A DNA stretch of 64,000 nt from Lingula anatina (taxonomy: Eukaryota > Animalia > Brachiopoda). Below are positions 15,001-29,489 of the stretch, piece after piece. Each line of letters opens with the position of its first letter. Within the stretch, counting starts at the first letter, position 1. The notes beneath the pieces were generated by a model, which did no database searches, was not told the DNA's origin, and worked only from the letters and a program-made list of their open reading frames with translations. The stretch is from the NCBI GenBank assembly GCA_051362555.1, contig CM120640.1, forward strand, positions 32,135,967-32,199,966. Direction: 5' to 3'. A program made the position numbers and the translations under genes.

Positions 15001-18000
15001 AGATCTAACCTCATTCCTGTTTCTTTTACAGGACATAGAAGATGATGTATGCATAGAAGACGATGAGTGACTCTACCCAGACACAGACTTCACACATCGA
15101 TAGAAGTTAAGGTTAGTAAACTTTTTATTTGGGGGAGGGGGGGGGGGGAGGATGGGGGAGAGGTAAATTTAAAAATTATAACCTCATTCCTATTTCTTTT
15201 ACAGGACATAGAAGATGATGAATGCATAGAAGACGATGAGCGACTCTACCCAGACACAGACTTCACACATCGATAGAAGTTAAGGTTAGTAAACTTTTTA
15301 TTTGGGGGAGGGGGGGGAGAATATGGGAGAGGTAAATTAAAAAGATCTAACCTCATTCCTATTTCTTTTACAGGACATAGAAGATGATGAATGCATAGAA
15401 GACGATGAGCGACTCTACCCTGACATAGACTTCACACATCGATAGAAGATAAGGTTAGTAAACTTTTTATTTGGGGGAGGGGGGGAGGGAGGATGGCGGG
15501 AGAGGTAAATTAAAAAGATCTAACCTCATTCCTATTTCTTTTACAGGACATAGAAGATGATGAATGCCTACCAGCCTACCAGCCTACCATCAAGCATTGA
15601 CTACTCTTTGGATCAAGAATTTAAGGTTAGTAAATTTCATTTTTTGGAGGGGATAGGTAAATTGAATTAAAATCTAATCTAGTTTTATTTCCATTACAGA
15701 ACACAGAAGACGATGAAAGACTCTACCCAGACATAGACTTCACACATCGATAGAAGTTAAGGTTAGTAAACTTTTTATTTGGGGGAGGGGGGGGGAGGAT
15801 GGGGGAGAAGTTAATTAAAAAAGATCTAACCTCATTCCTATTACTTTTACAGGACATAGAAGATGATGAATGCATAGAAGACGATGAGCGACTCTACCCA
15901 GACACAGACTTCACACATCGATAGAAGTTAAGGTTAGTAAACTTATTATTTGGGGGAGGGGGGGGGGGAGGATGGGAGAGAGGTAAATTAAAAAGATCTA
16001 ACCTCATTCCTGTTTCTTTTACAGGACATAGAAGATGATGTATGCATAGAAGACGATGAGCGACTCTACCCAGACACAGACTTCACACATCGATAGAAGT
16101 TAAGGTTAGTAAACTTTTTATTTGGGGGAGGGGGGGGGGAGGATGGGGGAGAGGTAAATTAAAAAGTTCTAACCTCATTCCTATTTCTTTTACAGGACAT
16201 AGAAGATGATGAATGCCTACCAGCCTACCAGCCTACCATCAAGCATTGACTACTCTTTGGATCAAGAATTTAAGGTTAGTAAATTTCATTTTTTGGAGGT
16301 GATAGGTAAATTGAATTAAAATCTAATCTAGTTTTATTTCCTTTACAGAACACAGAAGACGATGAAAGACTCTACCCAGACATAGACTTCACACATCGAT
16401 AGAAGTTAAGGTTAGTAAACTTTTTATTTGGGGGAGGGGGGGAGGATATGGGAGAGGTAAATTAAAAAGATCTAACCTCATTCCTATTTCTTTTACAGGA
16501 CATAGAAGATGTTGAATGCATAGAAGACCATGAGCGACTCTACCCAGACACAGACTTCACACATCGATAGAAGTTAAGGTTAGTAAACTTTTTATTTGGG
16601 GGAGGGGGGGGAGGATGGGGGAGAGGTAAATTAAAAAGATCTAACCTCATTCCTATTTCTTTTACAGGACATAGAAAATGATGCATGCATAGAAGACGAT
16701 GAGCGACTCTACCCAGACACAGACTTCACACATCGATAGAAGTTAAGGTTAGTAAACTTTTTATTTGAGGGAGGGGGGGGAGGATGGGGGAGAGGTAAAT
16801 TAAAAAGTTCTAACCTCATTCCTATTTCTTTTACAGGACATAGAAGATGATGAATGCATAGAAGACGATGAGCGACTCTACCCAGACACAGACTTCACAC
16901 ATCGATAGAAGTTAAGGTTAGTAAACTTTTTATTTGAGGGAGGGGGGGGAGGATGGGGGAGAGGTAAATTAAAAAGATCTAACCTCATTCCTATTTCTTT
17001 TACAGGACATAGAAGATGATGAATGCATAGAAGACGATGAGCGACTCTACCCAGACACAGACTTCACACATCGATAGAAGTTAAGGTTAGTAAACTTTTT
17101 ATTTGGGAGAGGGGGAGGAGGATATGGGAGAGGTAAATTTAAAAGATCTAACCTCATTCCTATTTCTTTTACAGGACATAGAAGATGATGAATGCATAGA
17201 AGACCATGAGCGACTCTACCCAGACACAGACTTCACACATCGATAGAAGTTAAGGTTAGTAAACTTTTTATTTGGGGGAGGGGGGGGAGGATGGGGGAGA
17301 GGTAAATAAAAAAGTTCTAACCTCATTCCTATTTCTTTTACAGGACATAGAAAATGATGCATGTATAGAAGACGATGAGCGACTCTACCCAGACACAGAC
17401 TTCACACATCGATAGAAGTTAAGGTTAGTAAACTTTTTATTTGAGGGAGGGGGGGGGGGAGGATGGGGGAGAGGTAAATTAAAAAGTTCTAACCTCATTC
17501 CTATTTCTTTTACAGGACATAGAAGATGATGAATGCATAGAAGACGATGAGCGACTCTACCCAGACACAGACTTCACACATCGATAGAAGTTAAGGTTAG
17601 TAAACTTTTAATTTGGGGGAGGGAGGGGGAGGATATGGGAGAGGTAAATTAAAAAGATCTAACCTCATTCCTATTTCTTTTACAGGACATAGAAGATGAT
17701 GAATGCATAGAAGACGATGAGCGACTCTACCCTGACATAGACTTCACACATCGATAGAAGTTAAGGTTAGTAAACTTTTTATTTGGGGGAGGGGGGGAGG
17801 GAGGATGGCGGGAGAGGTAAATTAAAAAGATCTAACCTCATTCGTATTTCTTTTACAGGACATAGAAGATGATGAATGCCTACCAGCCTACCAGCCTACC
17901 ATCAAGCATTGACTACTCTTTGGATCAAGAATTTAAGGTTAGTAAATTTCATTTTTTGGAGGGGATAGGTAAATTGAATTAAAATCTAATCTAGTTTTAT

Positions 18001-21000
18001 TTCCTTTACAGAACACAGAAGACGATGAAAGACTCTACCCAGACACAGACTTCACACATCGATAGAAGTTAAGGTTAGTAAACTTTTTATTTGGGGGAGG
18101 GGGGGGGGGGATGGGGGAGAAGTTAATTAAAAAGATCTAACCTCATTCCTATTACTTTTACAGGACATAGAAGATGATGAATGCATAGAAGACGATGAGC
18201 GACTCTACCCAGACACAGACTTCACACATCGATAGAAGTTAAGGTTAGTAAACTTATTATTTGGGGGAGGGGGGGGGAGGATGGGGGAGAGGTAAATTAA
18301 AAAGATCTAACCTGATTCCTGTTTCTTTTACAGGACATAGAAGATGATGTATGCATAGAAGACGATGAGCGACTCTACCCAGACACAGACTTCACACATC
18401 GATAGAAGTTAAGGTTAGTAAACTTTTTATTTGGGGGAGGGGGGGGAGGATGGGGGAGAGGTAAATTAAAAAGTTCTAACCTCATTCCTATTTCTTTTAC
18501 AGGACATAGAAGATGATGAATGCCTACCAGCCTACCAGCCTACCATCAAGCATTGACTACTCTTTGGATCAAGAATTTAAGGTTAGTAAATTTCATTTTT
18601 TGGAGGGGATAGGTAAATTGAATTAAAATCTAATCTAGTTTTATTTCCTTTACAGAACACAGAAGACGATGAAAGACTCTACCCAGACATAGACTTCACA
18701 CATCGATAGAAGTTAAGGTTAGTAAACTTTTTATTTGGGGGAGGGGGGGGGAGGATGGGGGAGAAGTAAATTAAAAAGATCTAACCTCATTCCTATTACT
18801 TTTACAGGACATAGAAGATGATGAATGCATAGAAGACGATGAGCGACTCTACCCAGACACAGACTTCACACATCGATAGAAGTTAAGGTTAGTAAACTTA
18901 TTATTTGGGGGGGGGGGGAGGATGGGGGAGAGGTAAATTAAAAAGATCTAACCTGATTCCTGTTTCTTTTACAGGACATAGAAGATGATGTATGCATAGA
19001 AGACGATGAGCGAATCTACCCAGACACAGACTTCACACATCGATAGAAGTTAAGGTTAGTAAACTTTTTATTTGGGGGAGGGGGGGGGGAGGATGGGGGA
19101 GAGGTAAATTAAAAAGTTCTAACCTCATTCCTATTTCTTTTACAGGACATAGAAGATGATGAATGCATAGAAGACGATGAGCGACTCTACCCAGACACAG
19201 ACTTCACACATCGATAGAAGTTAAGGTTAGTAAACATATTATTTGGGGGAGGGGGGGAGATGTGGGGAGAAGTAAATTAAAAAGATCTAACCTCATTCCT
19301 ATTTCTTTTACAGGACATAGAAGATGATGAATGCATAGAAGACGATGAGCGACTCTACCCAGACACAGACTTCACACATCGATAGAAGTTAAGGTTAGTA
19401 AACTTTTTATTTGGGGGAGGGGGGGGAGGATATGGGAGAGGTAAATTAAAAAGATCTAACCTCATTCCTATTTCTTTTACAGGACATAGAAGATGATGAA
19501 TGCATAGAAGACCATGAGCGACTCTACCCAGACACAGACTTCACACATCGATAGAAGTTAAGGTTAGTAAACTTTTTATTTGGGGGAGGGGGGGGGAGGA
19601 TATGGGAGAGGTAAATTAAAAAGATCTAACCTCATTCCTATTTCTTTTACAGGACATTGAAGATGATGAATGCATAGAAGACGATGAGCGACTCTACCCT
19701 GACATAGACTTCACACATCGATAGAAGTTAAGGTTAGTAAACTTTTTATTTGGGGGAGGGGGGGGGGGAAGGATGGCGGGAGAGGTAAATTAAAAAGATC
19801 TAACCTCATTCCTATTTCTTTTACAGGACATAGAAGATGATGAATGCCTACCAGCCTACCAGCCTACCATCAAGCATTGACTACTCTTTGGATCAAGAAT
19901 TTAAGGTTAGTAAATTTCATTTTTTGGAGGGGATAGGTAAATTGAATTAAAATCTAATCTAGTTTTATTTCCTTTACAGAACACAGAAGACGATGAAAGA
20001 CTCTACCCAGACATAGACTTCACACATCGATAGAAGTTAAGGTTAGTAAACTTTTTATTTGGGGGAGGGGGGGGAGGATGGGAGAGAAGTAAATTAAAAA
20101 GATCTAACCTGATTCCTGTTTCTTTTACAGGACATAGAAGATGATGTATGCATAGAAGACGATGAGCGACTCTACCCAGACACAGACTTCACACATCGAT
20201 AGAAGTTAAGGTTAGTAAACTTTTTATTTGGGGGAGGGGGGGAGGATGGGGGAGAAGTAAATTAAAAAGATCTAACCTCATTCCTATTACTTTTACAGGA
20301 CATAGAAGATGATGAATGCATAGAAGACGATGAGCGACTCTACCCAGACACAGACTTTACACATCGATAGAAGTTAAGGTTAGTAAACTTATTATTTGGG
20401 GGAGGGGGGGGAGGATGGGGGAGAGGTAAATTAAAAATATCTAACCTCATTCCTGTTTCTTTTACAGGACATAGAAGATGATGTATGCATAGAAGACGAT
20501 GAGCGACTCTACCCAGACACAGACTTCACACATCGATAGAAGTTAAGGTTAGTAAACTTTTTATTTGGGGGAGGGGGGGGGAGGATGGGGGAGAGGTAAA
20601 TTAAAAAGATCTAACCTCATTCCTATTTCTTTTACAGGACATAGAAGATGATGCATGCATAGAAGACGATGAGCGACTCTACCCAGACACAGACTTCACA
20701 CATCGATAGAAGTTAAGGTTAGTAAACTTTTTATTTTGGGGAGGGGGGGGGAGGATGGGGGAGAGGTAAATTAAAAAGTTCTAACCTCATTCCTATTTCT
20801 TTTACAGGACATAGAAGATGATGAATGCATAGAAGACGATGAGCGACTGTACCCAGACACAGACTTCACACATCGATAGAAGTTAAGGTTAGTAAACATA
20901 TTATTTGGGGGAGGGGGGAGATGTGGGGAGAGGTAAATTAAAAAGATCTAACCTCATTCCTATTTCTTTTACAGGACATAGAAGATGATGAATGCATAGA

Positions 21001-24000
21001 AGACGATGAGCTTCTCTACCCTGACATAGACTTCACACATCGATAGAAGTTAAGGTTAGTAAACTTTTTATTTGGGGGAGGGGGGGGGAGGATGGGGGAG
21101 AGGTAAATTAAAAAGTTCTAACCTCATTCCTATTTCTTTTACAGGACATAGAAGATGATGAATGCATAGAAGACGATGAGCGACTGTACCCAGACACAGA
21201 CTTCACACATCGATAGAAGTTAAGGTTAGTAAACATATTATTTGGGGGAGGGGGGGATGGCGGGAGAGGTATATTAAAAAGATCTAACCTCATTCCTATT
21301 TCTTTTACAGGTCATAGAAGATGATGAATGACTACCAGCCTACCAGCCTACCATCAAGCATTGACTACTCTTTGGATCAAGAATTTAAGGTTAGTAAATT
21401 TCATTTTTTGGAGGGGATAGGTAAATTAAATAAAAATCTAATCTAGTTTTATTTCCTTTACAGAACATAGAAGACGATGAAAGACTCTACCCAAACATAG
21501 ACTTCACACATCGATAAAAGTTAAGGTTAGTAAACTTTTTATTTGGGGGAGGGGGGGAGGATGGGGGAGAGGTAAATTAAAAAGTTCTAACCTTATTCCT
21601 ATTTCTTTTACAGGACATAGAAGATGATGAATGCATAGAAGACGATGAGCGACTCTACCCAGACACAGACTTCACACATCGATAGAAGTTAAGGTTAGTA
21701 AACATATTATTTGGGGGAGGGGGGGGAGATGTGGGGAGAGGTAAATTAAAAAGATCTAACCTCATTCCTATTTCTTTTACAGGTCATAGAAGATGATGAA
21801 TGCATATAAGACGATGAGCGACTCTACCCAGACACAGACTTCACACATCGATAGAAGTTAAGGTTAGTAAACTTTTTATTTGGGGGAGGGGGGGGAGATG
21901 TGCGGAGAGGTAAATTAAAAAGTTCTAACCTCATTCCTATTTCTTTTACAGGACATAGAAGATGATGAATGCATAGAAGACGATGAGCGACTCTACCCTG
22001 ACATAGACTTCACACATCGATAGAAGTTAAGGTTAGTAAACTTTTTATTTGGGGGCGGGGGGGGGGGGGAGGATGGCGGGAGAGGTAAATTAAAAAGATC
22101 TAACCTCATTCCTATTTCTTTTACAGGACATAGAAGATGATGAATGCCTACCAGCCTACAAGCCTATCATCAAGCATTGACTACTCTTTGGATCAAGAAT
22201 TTAAGGTTAGTAAATTTCATTTTTTGGAGGGGATAGGTAAATTGAATTAAAATCTAATCTAGTTTTATTTCCTTTACAGAACACAGAAGACGATGAAAGA
22301 CTCTACCCAGACATAGACTTCACACATCGATAGAAGTTAAGGTTAGTAAACTTTTTATTTGGGGGAGGGGGGGGATGTGGGGAGAGGTAAATTAAAAAGT
22401 TATAACCTCATTCCTATTTCTTTTACAGGACATAGAAAATGGTGAATGCATAGAAGACGATGAGCGACTCTACCCAGACACAGACTTCACACATCGATAG
22501 AAGTTAAGGTTAGTAAACTTTTTATTTGGGGGAGGGGGGGGAGGATGGGGGAGAGGTAAATTAAAAAGATCTAACCTCATTCCTATTTCTTTTACAGGAC
22601 ATAGAAGATGATGCATGCATAGAAGACGATGAGCGACTCTACCCAGACACAGACTTCACACATCGATAGAAGTTAAGGTTAGTAAACTTTTTATTTGGGG
22701 GAGGGGGGGGAGGATGGGGGAGAGGTAAATTAAAAAGTTCTAACCTCATTCCTATTTCTTTTACAGGACATAGAAGATGATGAATGCATAGAAGACGATG
22801 AGCGACTCTACCCAGACACAGACTTCACACATCGATAGAAGTTAAGGTTAGTAAACATATTATTTGGGGGAGGGGGGAGATGTGGGGAGAGGTAAATTAA
22901 AAAGATCTCACCTCATTCCTATTTCTTTTACAGGACATAGAAGATGATGAATGCATAGAAGACGATGAGCGACTCTACCCTGACATAGACTTCACACATC
23001 GATAGAAGTTAAGGTTAGTAAACTTTTTATTTGGGGGAGGGGGGGGAGGATGGGGGAGAGGTAAATTAAAAAGTTCTAACCTCATTCCTATTTCTTTTAC
23101 AGGACATAGAAGATGATGAATGCATAGAAGACGATGAGCGACTCTACCCAGACACAGACTTCACACATCGATAGAAGTTAAGGTTAGTAAACATATTATT
23201 TGGGGGAGGGGGGAGATGTGGGGAGAGGTAAATTAAAAAGATCTCACCTCATTCCTATTTCTTTTACAGGTCATAGAAGATGATGAATGACTACCAGCCT
23301 ACCATCAAGCATTGACTACTCTTTGGATCAAGAATTTAAGGTTAGTAAATTTCATTTTTTGGAGGGGATAGGTAAATTGAATTAAAATCTAAGCTAGTTT
23401 TATTTCCTTTACAGAACATAGAAGACGATGAAAGACTCTACCCAGACATAGACTTCACACATCGATAGAAGTTAAGGTTAGTAAACTTTTTATTTGGGGG
23501 AGGGGGGGGGAGGATGGGGGAGAGGTAAATTAAAAAGTACTAACCTCATTCCTATTTCTTTTACAGGACATAGAAGATGATGAATGCATAGAAGACGATG
23601 AGCGACTCTACCCAGACAGAGACTTCACACATCGATAGAAGTTAAGGTTAGTAAACTTTTTATTTGGGGGAGGGGGGGGAGGATGGGGGAGAGGTAAATT
23701 AAAAAGATCTAACCTCATTCCTATTTCTTTTACAGGACATAGAAGATGATGCATGCATAGAAGACGATGAGCGACTCTACCCAGACACAGACTTCACACA
23801 TCGATAGAAGTTAAGGTTAGTAAACTTTTTATTTGGGGGAGGGGGGGGAGGATATGGGAGAGGTAAATTAAAAAGATCTAACCTCATTCCTATTTCTTTT
23901 ACAGGACATAGAAGATGATGAATGCATAGAAGACCATGAGCGACTCTACCCAGACACAGACTTCACACATCGATCGAAGTTAAGGTTAGTAAACATATTA

Positions 24001-27000
24001 TTTGGGGGAGGGGGGGGAGGAAGGGGGAGAGGTAAATTAAAAAGTTCTAACCTCATTCCTATTTCTTTTACAGGACATAGAAGATGATGAATGCATAGAA
24101 GACGATGAGCGACTCTACCCTGACATAGACTTCACACATCGATAGAAGTTAAGGTTAGTAAACTTTTTATTTGGGGGAGGGGGGGAGGATGGCGGGAGAG
24201 GTAAATTAAAAAGATCTAACCTCATTCCTATTTCTTTTACAGGACATAGAAGATGATGAATGCCTACCAGCCTACAAGCCTACCATCAAGCATTGACTAC
24301 TCTTTGGATCAAGAATTTAAGGTTAGTAAATTTCATTTTTTGGAGGGGATAGATAAATTGAATTAAAATTTAATCTAGTTTTATTTCCTTTACAGAACAC
24401 AGAAGACGATGAAAGACTCTACCCAGACATAGACTTCACACATCGATAAAAGTTAAGGTTAGTAAACTTTTTATTTGGGGGAGGGGGGGAGGATGGGGGA
24501 GAGGTAAATTAAAAAGTTCTAACCTTATTCCTATTTCTTTTACAGGACATAGAAGATGATGAATGCATAGAAGACGATGAGCGACTCTACCCAGACACAG
24601 ACTTCACAAATCGATAGAAGTTAAGGTTAGTAAACATATTATTTGGGGGAGGGGGGGGAGATGTGGGGAGAGGTAAATTAAAAAGATCTAACCTCATTCC
24701 TATTTCTTTTACAGGTCATAGAAGATGATGAATGCATATAAGACGATGAGCGACTCTACCCAGACACAGACTTCACACATCGATAGAAGTTAAGGTTAGT
24801 AAACTTTTTATTTGGGGGAGGGGGGGGAGATGTGCGGAGAGGTAAATTAAAAAGTTCTAACCTCATTCCTATTTCTTTTACAGGACATAGAAGATGATGA
24901 ATGCATAGAAGACGATGAGCGACTCTACCCTGACATAGACTTCACACATCGATAGAAGTTAAGGTTAGTAAACTTTTTATTTGGGGGCGGGGGGGGGGGG
25001 GGAGGATGGCGGGAGAGGTAAATTAAAAAGATCTAACCTCATTCCTATTTCTTTTACAGGACATAGAAGATGATGAATGCCTACCAGCCTACAAGCCTAT
25101 CATCAAGCATTGACTACTCTTTGGATCAAGAATTTAAGGTTAGTAAATTTCATTTTTTGGAGGGGATAGGTAAATTGAATTAAAATCTAATCTAGTTTTA
25201 TTTCCTTTACAGAACACAGAAGACGATGAAAGACTCTACCCAGACATAGACTTCACACATCGATAGAAGTTAAGGTTAGTAAACTTTTTATTTGGGGGAG
25301 GGGGGGGATGTGGGGAGAGGTAAATTAAAAAGTTATAACCTCATTCCTATTTCTTTTACAGGACATAGAAAATGGTGAATGCATAGAAGACGATGAGCGA
25401 CTCTACCCAGACACAGACTTCACACATCGATAGAAGTTAAGGTTAGTAAACTTTTTATTTGGGGGAGGGGGGGGAGGATGGGGGAGAGGTAAATTAAAAA
25501 GATCTAACCTCATTCCTATTTCTTTTACAGGACATAGAAGATGATGCATGCATAGAAGACGATGAGCGACTCTACCCAGACACAGACTTCACACATCGAT
25601 AGAAGTTAAGGTTAGTAAACTTTTTATTTGGGGGAGGGGGGGGGGAGGATGGGGGTGAGGTAAATTAAAAAGATCTAACCTCATTCCTGTTTCTTTTACA
25701 GGACATAGAAGATGATGCATGCATAGAAGACGATGAGCGACTCTACCCAGACATAGACTTCACACATCGATAGAAGTTAAGGTTAGTAAACATATTATTT
25801 GGGGGAGGGGGGAGATGTGCGGAGAGGTAAATTAAAAAGTTCTAACCTCATTCCTATTTCTATTACAGGACATAGAAGATGATGAATGCATAGAAGACGA
25901 TGAGCGACTCTACCCTGACATAGACTTCACACATCGATAGAAGTTAAGGTTAGTAAACTTTTTATTTTGGGGGCGGGGGGGGGGGGGGAGGGAGGATGGC
26001 GGGAGAGGTAAATTAAAAAGTTCTAACCTCATTCCTATTTCTTTTACAGGACATAGAAGATGATGAATGCATAGAAGACGATGAGCGACTCTACCCTGAC
26101 ATAGACTTCACACATCGATAGAAGTTAAGGTTAGTAAACATATTATTTGGGGGAGGGGGGAGATGTGGGGAGAGGCAAATTAAAAAGATCTAACCTCATT
26201 CCTATTTCTTTTACAGGACATAGAAGATGATGAATGCATAGAAGACGATGAGCGACTCTACCCTGACATAGACTTCACACATCGATAGAAGTTAAGGTTA
26301 GTAAACTTTTTATTTGGGGGAGGGGGGGGATGGCGGGAGAGGTATATTAAAAAGATCTAACCTCATTCCTATTTCTTTTACAGGTCATAGAAGATGATGA
26401 ATGACTACCAGCCTACCAGCCTACCATCAAGCATTGACTACTCTTTGGATCAAGAATTTAAGGTTAGTAAATTTCATTTTTTTTGAGGGGATAGGTAAAT
26501 TAAATAAAAATCTAATCTAGTTTTATTTCCTTTACAGAACATAGAAGACGATGAAAGACTCTACCCAAACATAGACTTCACACATCGATAGAAGTTAAGG
26601 TTAGTAAACTTTTTATTTGGGGGAGGGGGGAGGATGGGGGAGAGGTAAATTAAAAAGTTCTAACCTTATTCCTATTTCTTTTACAGGACATAGAAGATGA
26701 TGAATGCATAGAAGACGATGAGCGACTCTACCCAGACACAGACTTCACACATCGATAGAAGTTAAGGTTAGTAAACATATTATTTGGGGGAGGGGGGGAG
26801 ATGTGGGGGGAGGTAAATTAAAAAGATCTAACCTCATTCCTATTTCTTTTACAGGTCATAGAAGATGATGAATGCATATAAGACGATGAGCGACTCTACC
26901 CTGACATAGACTTCACACATCGATAGAAGTTAAGGTTAGTAAACTTTTTATTTGGGGGAGGGGGGGGGAGGATGGCGGGAGAGGTTAATTAAAAAGATCT

Positions 27001-29489
27001 AACCTCATTCCTATTACTTTTACAGGACATAGAAGATGATGAATGCATAGAAGACGATGAGCGACTCTTCCCAGACATAGACTTCACACATCGATAGAAG
27101 TTAAGGTTAGTAAACTTTTTATTTGGGGAAGGGGGGGAGGATGGGGGAGAGGTAAATTAAAAAGTACTAACCTCATTCCTATTTCTTTAACAGGACATAG
27201 AAGATGATGAATGCATAGAAGACGACGAGCGACTCTACCCAGACAGAGACTTCACACATCGATAGAAGTTAAGGTTAGTAAACTTTTTATTTGGGGGAGG
27301 GGGGGGGGGAGGATGGGGGAGAGGTAAATTAAAAAGATCTAACCTCATTCCTATTTCTTTTACAGGACATAGAAGATGATGCATGCATAGAAGACGATGA
27401 GCGACTCTACCCAGACACAGACTTCACACATCGATAGAAGTTAAGGTTAGTAAACATTTTATTTGGGGGAGGGGGGGGGGGAGGATGGGGGAGAGGTAAA
27501 TTAAAAAGTTCTAACCTCATTCCTATTTCTTTTACAGGACATAGAAGATGATGAATGCATAGAAGACGATGAGCGACTCTACCCAGTTACAGACTTCACA
27601 CATCGATAGAAGTTAAGGTTAGTAAACTTTTTATTTGGGGGAGGGGGGGAGAGGATATGGGAGAGGTAAATTAAAAAGATCTAACCTCATTCCTATTTCT
27701 TTTACAGGACATAGAAGATGATGAATGCATAGAAGACGATGAGCGACTCTACCCAGACACAGAATTCACACATCGATAGAAGTTAAGGTTAGTAAACTTT
27801 TTATTTGGGGAGGGGGGGGGGAGGATGGCGGGAGAGGTAAATTAAAAAGATCTAACCTCATTCCTATTACTTTTACAGGACATAGAAGATGATGAATGCA
27901 TAGAAGACGATGAGCGACTCTACCCAGACATAGACTTCACACATCGATAGAAGTTAAGGTTAGTAAACTTTTTATTTGGGGGGGGGGGGGGGGGGAGGAG
28001 GATAGGACATAGAAGATGATGAATGCATAGAAGACGACGAGCGACTCTACCCAGACAGAGACTTCACACATCGATAGAAGTTAAGGTTAGTAAACTTTTT
28101 ATTTGGGGGAGGGGGGGAGGATGGGGGAGAGGTAAATTAAAAAGATCTAACCTCATTCCTATTTCTTTTACAGGACATAGAAGATGATGCATGCATAGAA
28201 GACGATGAGCGACTCTACCCAGACACAGACTTCACACATCGATAGAAGTTAAGGTTAGTAAACTTTTTATTTGGGGGAGGGGGGGGGGGAGGATGGGGGA
28301 GAGGTAAATTAAAAAGTTCTAACCTCATTCCTATTTCTTTTACAGGACATAGAAGATGATGAATGCATAGAAGACGATGAGCGACTCTACCCAGACACAG
28401 ACTTCACACATCGATAGAAGTTAAGGTTAGTAAACTTTTTATTTAGGGGAGGGGGGGGGGGAGGATGGGGGTGAGGTAAATTAAAAAGATCTAACCTCAT
28501 TCCTGTTTCTTTTACAGGACATAGAAGATGATGCATGCATAGAAGACGATGAGCGACTCTACCCAGACACAGACTTCACACATCGATAGAAGTTAAGGTT
28601 AGTAAACATATTATTTGGGGGAGGGGGGAGGATGGCGGGAGAGGTAAATTAAAAAGTTCTAACCTCATTCCTATTTCTTTTACAGGACATAGAAGATGAT
28701 GAATGCATAGAAGACGATGAGCGACTCTACCCTGACATAGACTTCACACATCGATAGAAGTTAAGGTTAGTAAACTTTTTATTTTGGGGGCGGGGGGGGG
28801 GGGAGGATGGCGGGAGAGGTAAATTAAAAAGTTCTAACCTCATTCCGTCATAGAAGACGATGAGCGACTTTACCCAGACACAGACTTCACACATCGATAG
28901 AAGTTAAGGTTAGTAAACTTTTTATTTGGGAAGGGGGGGGGGGAGGATGGGGGAGAGGTAAATAAAAAAAGATCTAACCTCATTCCTATTTCTTTTACAG
29001 GACATAGAAGATGATGAATGCCTTCCAGCCTACCATCAAGCATTGACTACTCTTTGGATCAAGAATTTAAGGTTAGTAAATTTCACATTTTTGAAGGGGA
29101 TAGGTAAATTGAATAAAAATCTAATCTAGTTTTATTTCTTTTTACAGAACATAGAAGACTATGAGCGACTCTACCCAGACATAGAATTCACACATCGGTA
29201 GAAGTTAAGGTTAGTAAACTTTTTATTTGGGGGAGGGGGGGGGAGGATGGGGGAGAGGTAAATTAAAAAAGATCTAATCTCATTCCTATTTCTTTTACAG
29301 GACATAGAAGATAATGAATGCCTACCAGCCTACCAGCCTACCATCAAGCATTGACTACTCTTTGGATCAAGAATTTAAGGTTAGTAAATTTCATTTTTTT
29401 GGAGGGGATAGGTAAATTGAATAAAAATCTAATCTAGTTTTATTTCTTTTTACAGAACATAGAAGACGATAAGTGGCTCTACCCAGACA
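1..29489 (+). repeat. Tandem array of ~180 units (A ~170 bp, B ~153 bp, C ~152 bp) with higher-order organisation (runs of A followed by a B-C pair); truncated by the window start
   Basis: Unit A recurs every ~169-171 bp (e.g. CGATGAGCGACTCTACCC at 1 and 171). About 29 B-C pairs are marked by CCTACCAGCC...TTGGATCAAGAATTTAAG (e.g. 1009, 1825, 2641 ... 29321). Homology stops at ...CTACCCAGACA (29489). Unit count is estimated from lengths. Confidence 0.98.
999..1195 (+). CDS. Example of the spliced 40-aa smORF created by joining B exon (999-1067) to C exon (1142-1195); consensus MMNAYQPTSLPSSIDYSLDQEFKNTEDDERLYPDIDFTHR; repeated in most B-C pairs
   Basis: ATG with A at -3, 23 codons ending exactly at the donor (phase 0), then 17 codons to TAG in the C exon. 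Hypothetical; no homology recognised. Confidence 0.2.

Noticed and set aside
4288-21293. ORF-track entries inside the array (4288, 6065, 15067, 21108)
   Set aside because: They are incidental read-throughs that depend on G-run length and are not kept between copies.
1-29489. CRISPR array interpretation
   Set aside because: No unique spacers between repeats, no cas genes, and a eukaryotic intron-containing context.
1-29489. Hammerhead-ribozyme satellite
   Set aside because: No CTGANGA...GAAA core found on either strand of the consensus units.
1-29489. Alpha-satellite-like centromere (170-bp unit, higher-order repeats)
   Set aside because: Only the length matches; no CENP-B box was seen, unit lengths are mixed, and a gene is adjacent. 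Cannot be fully excluded without CENP-A data.
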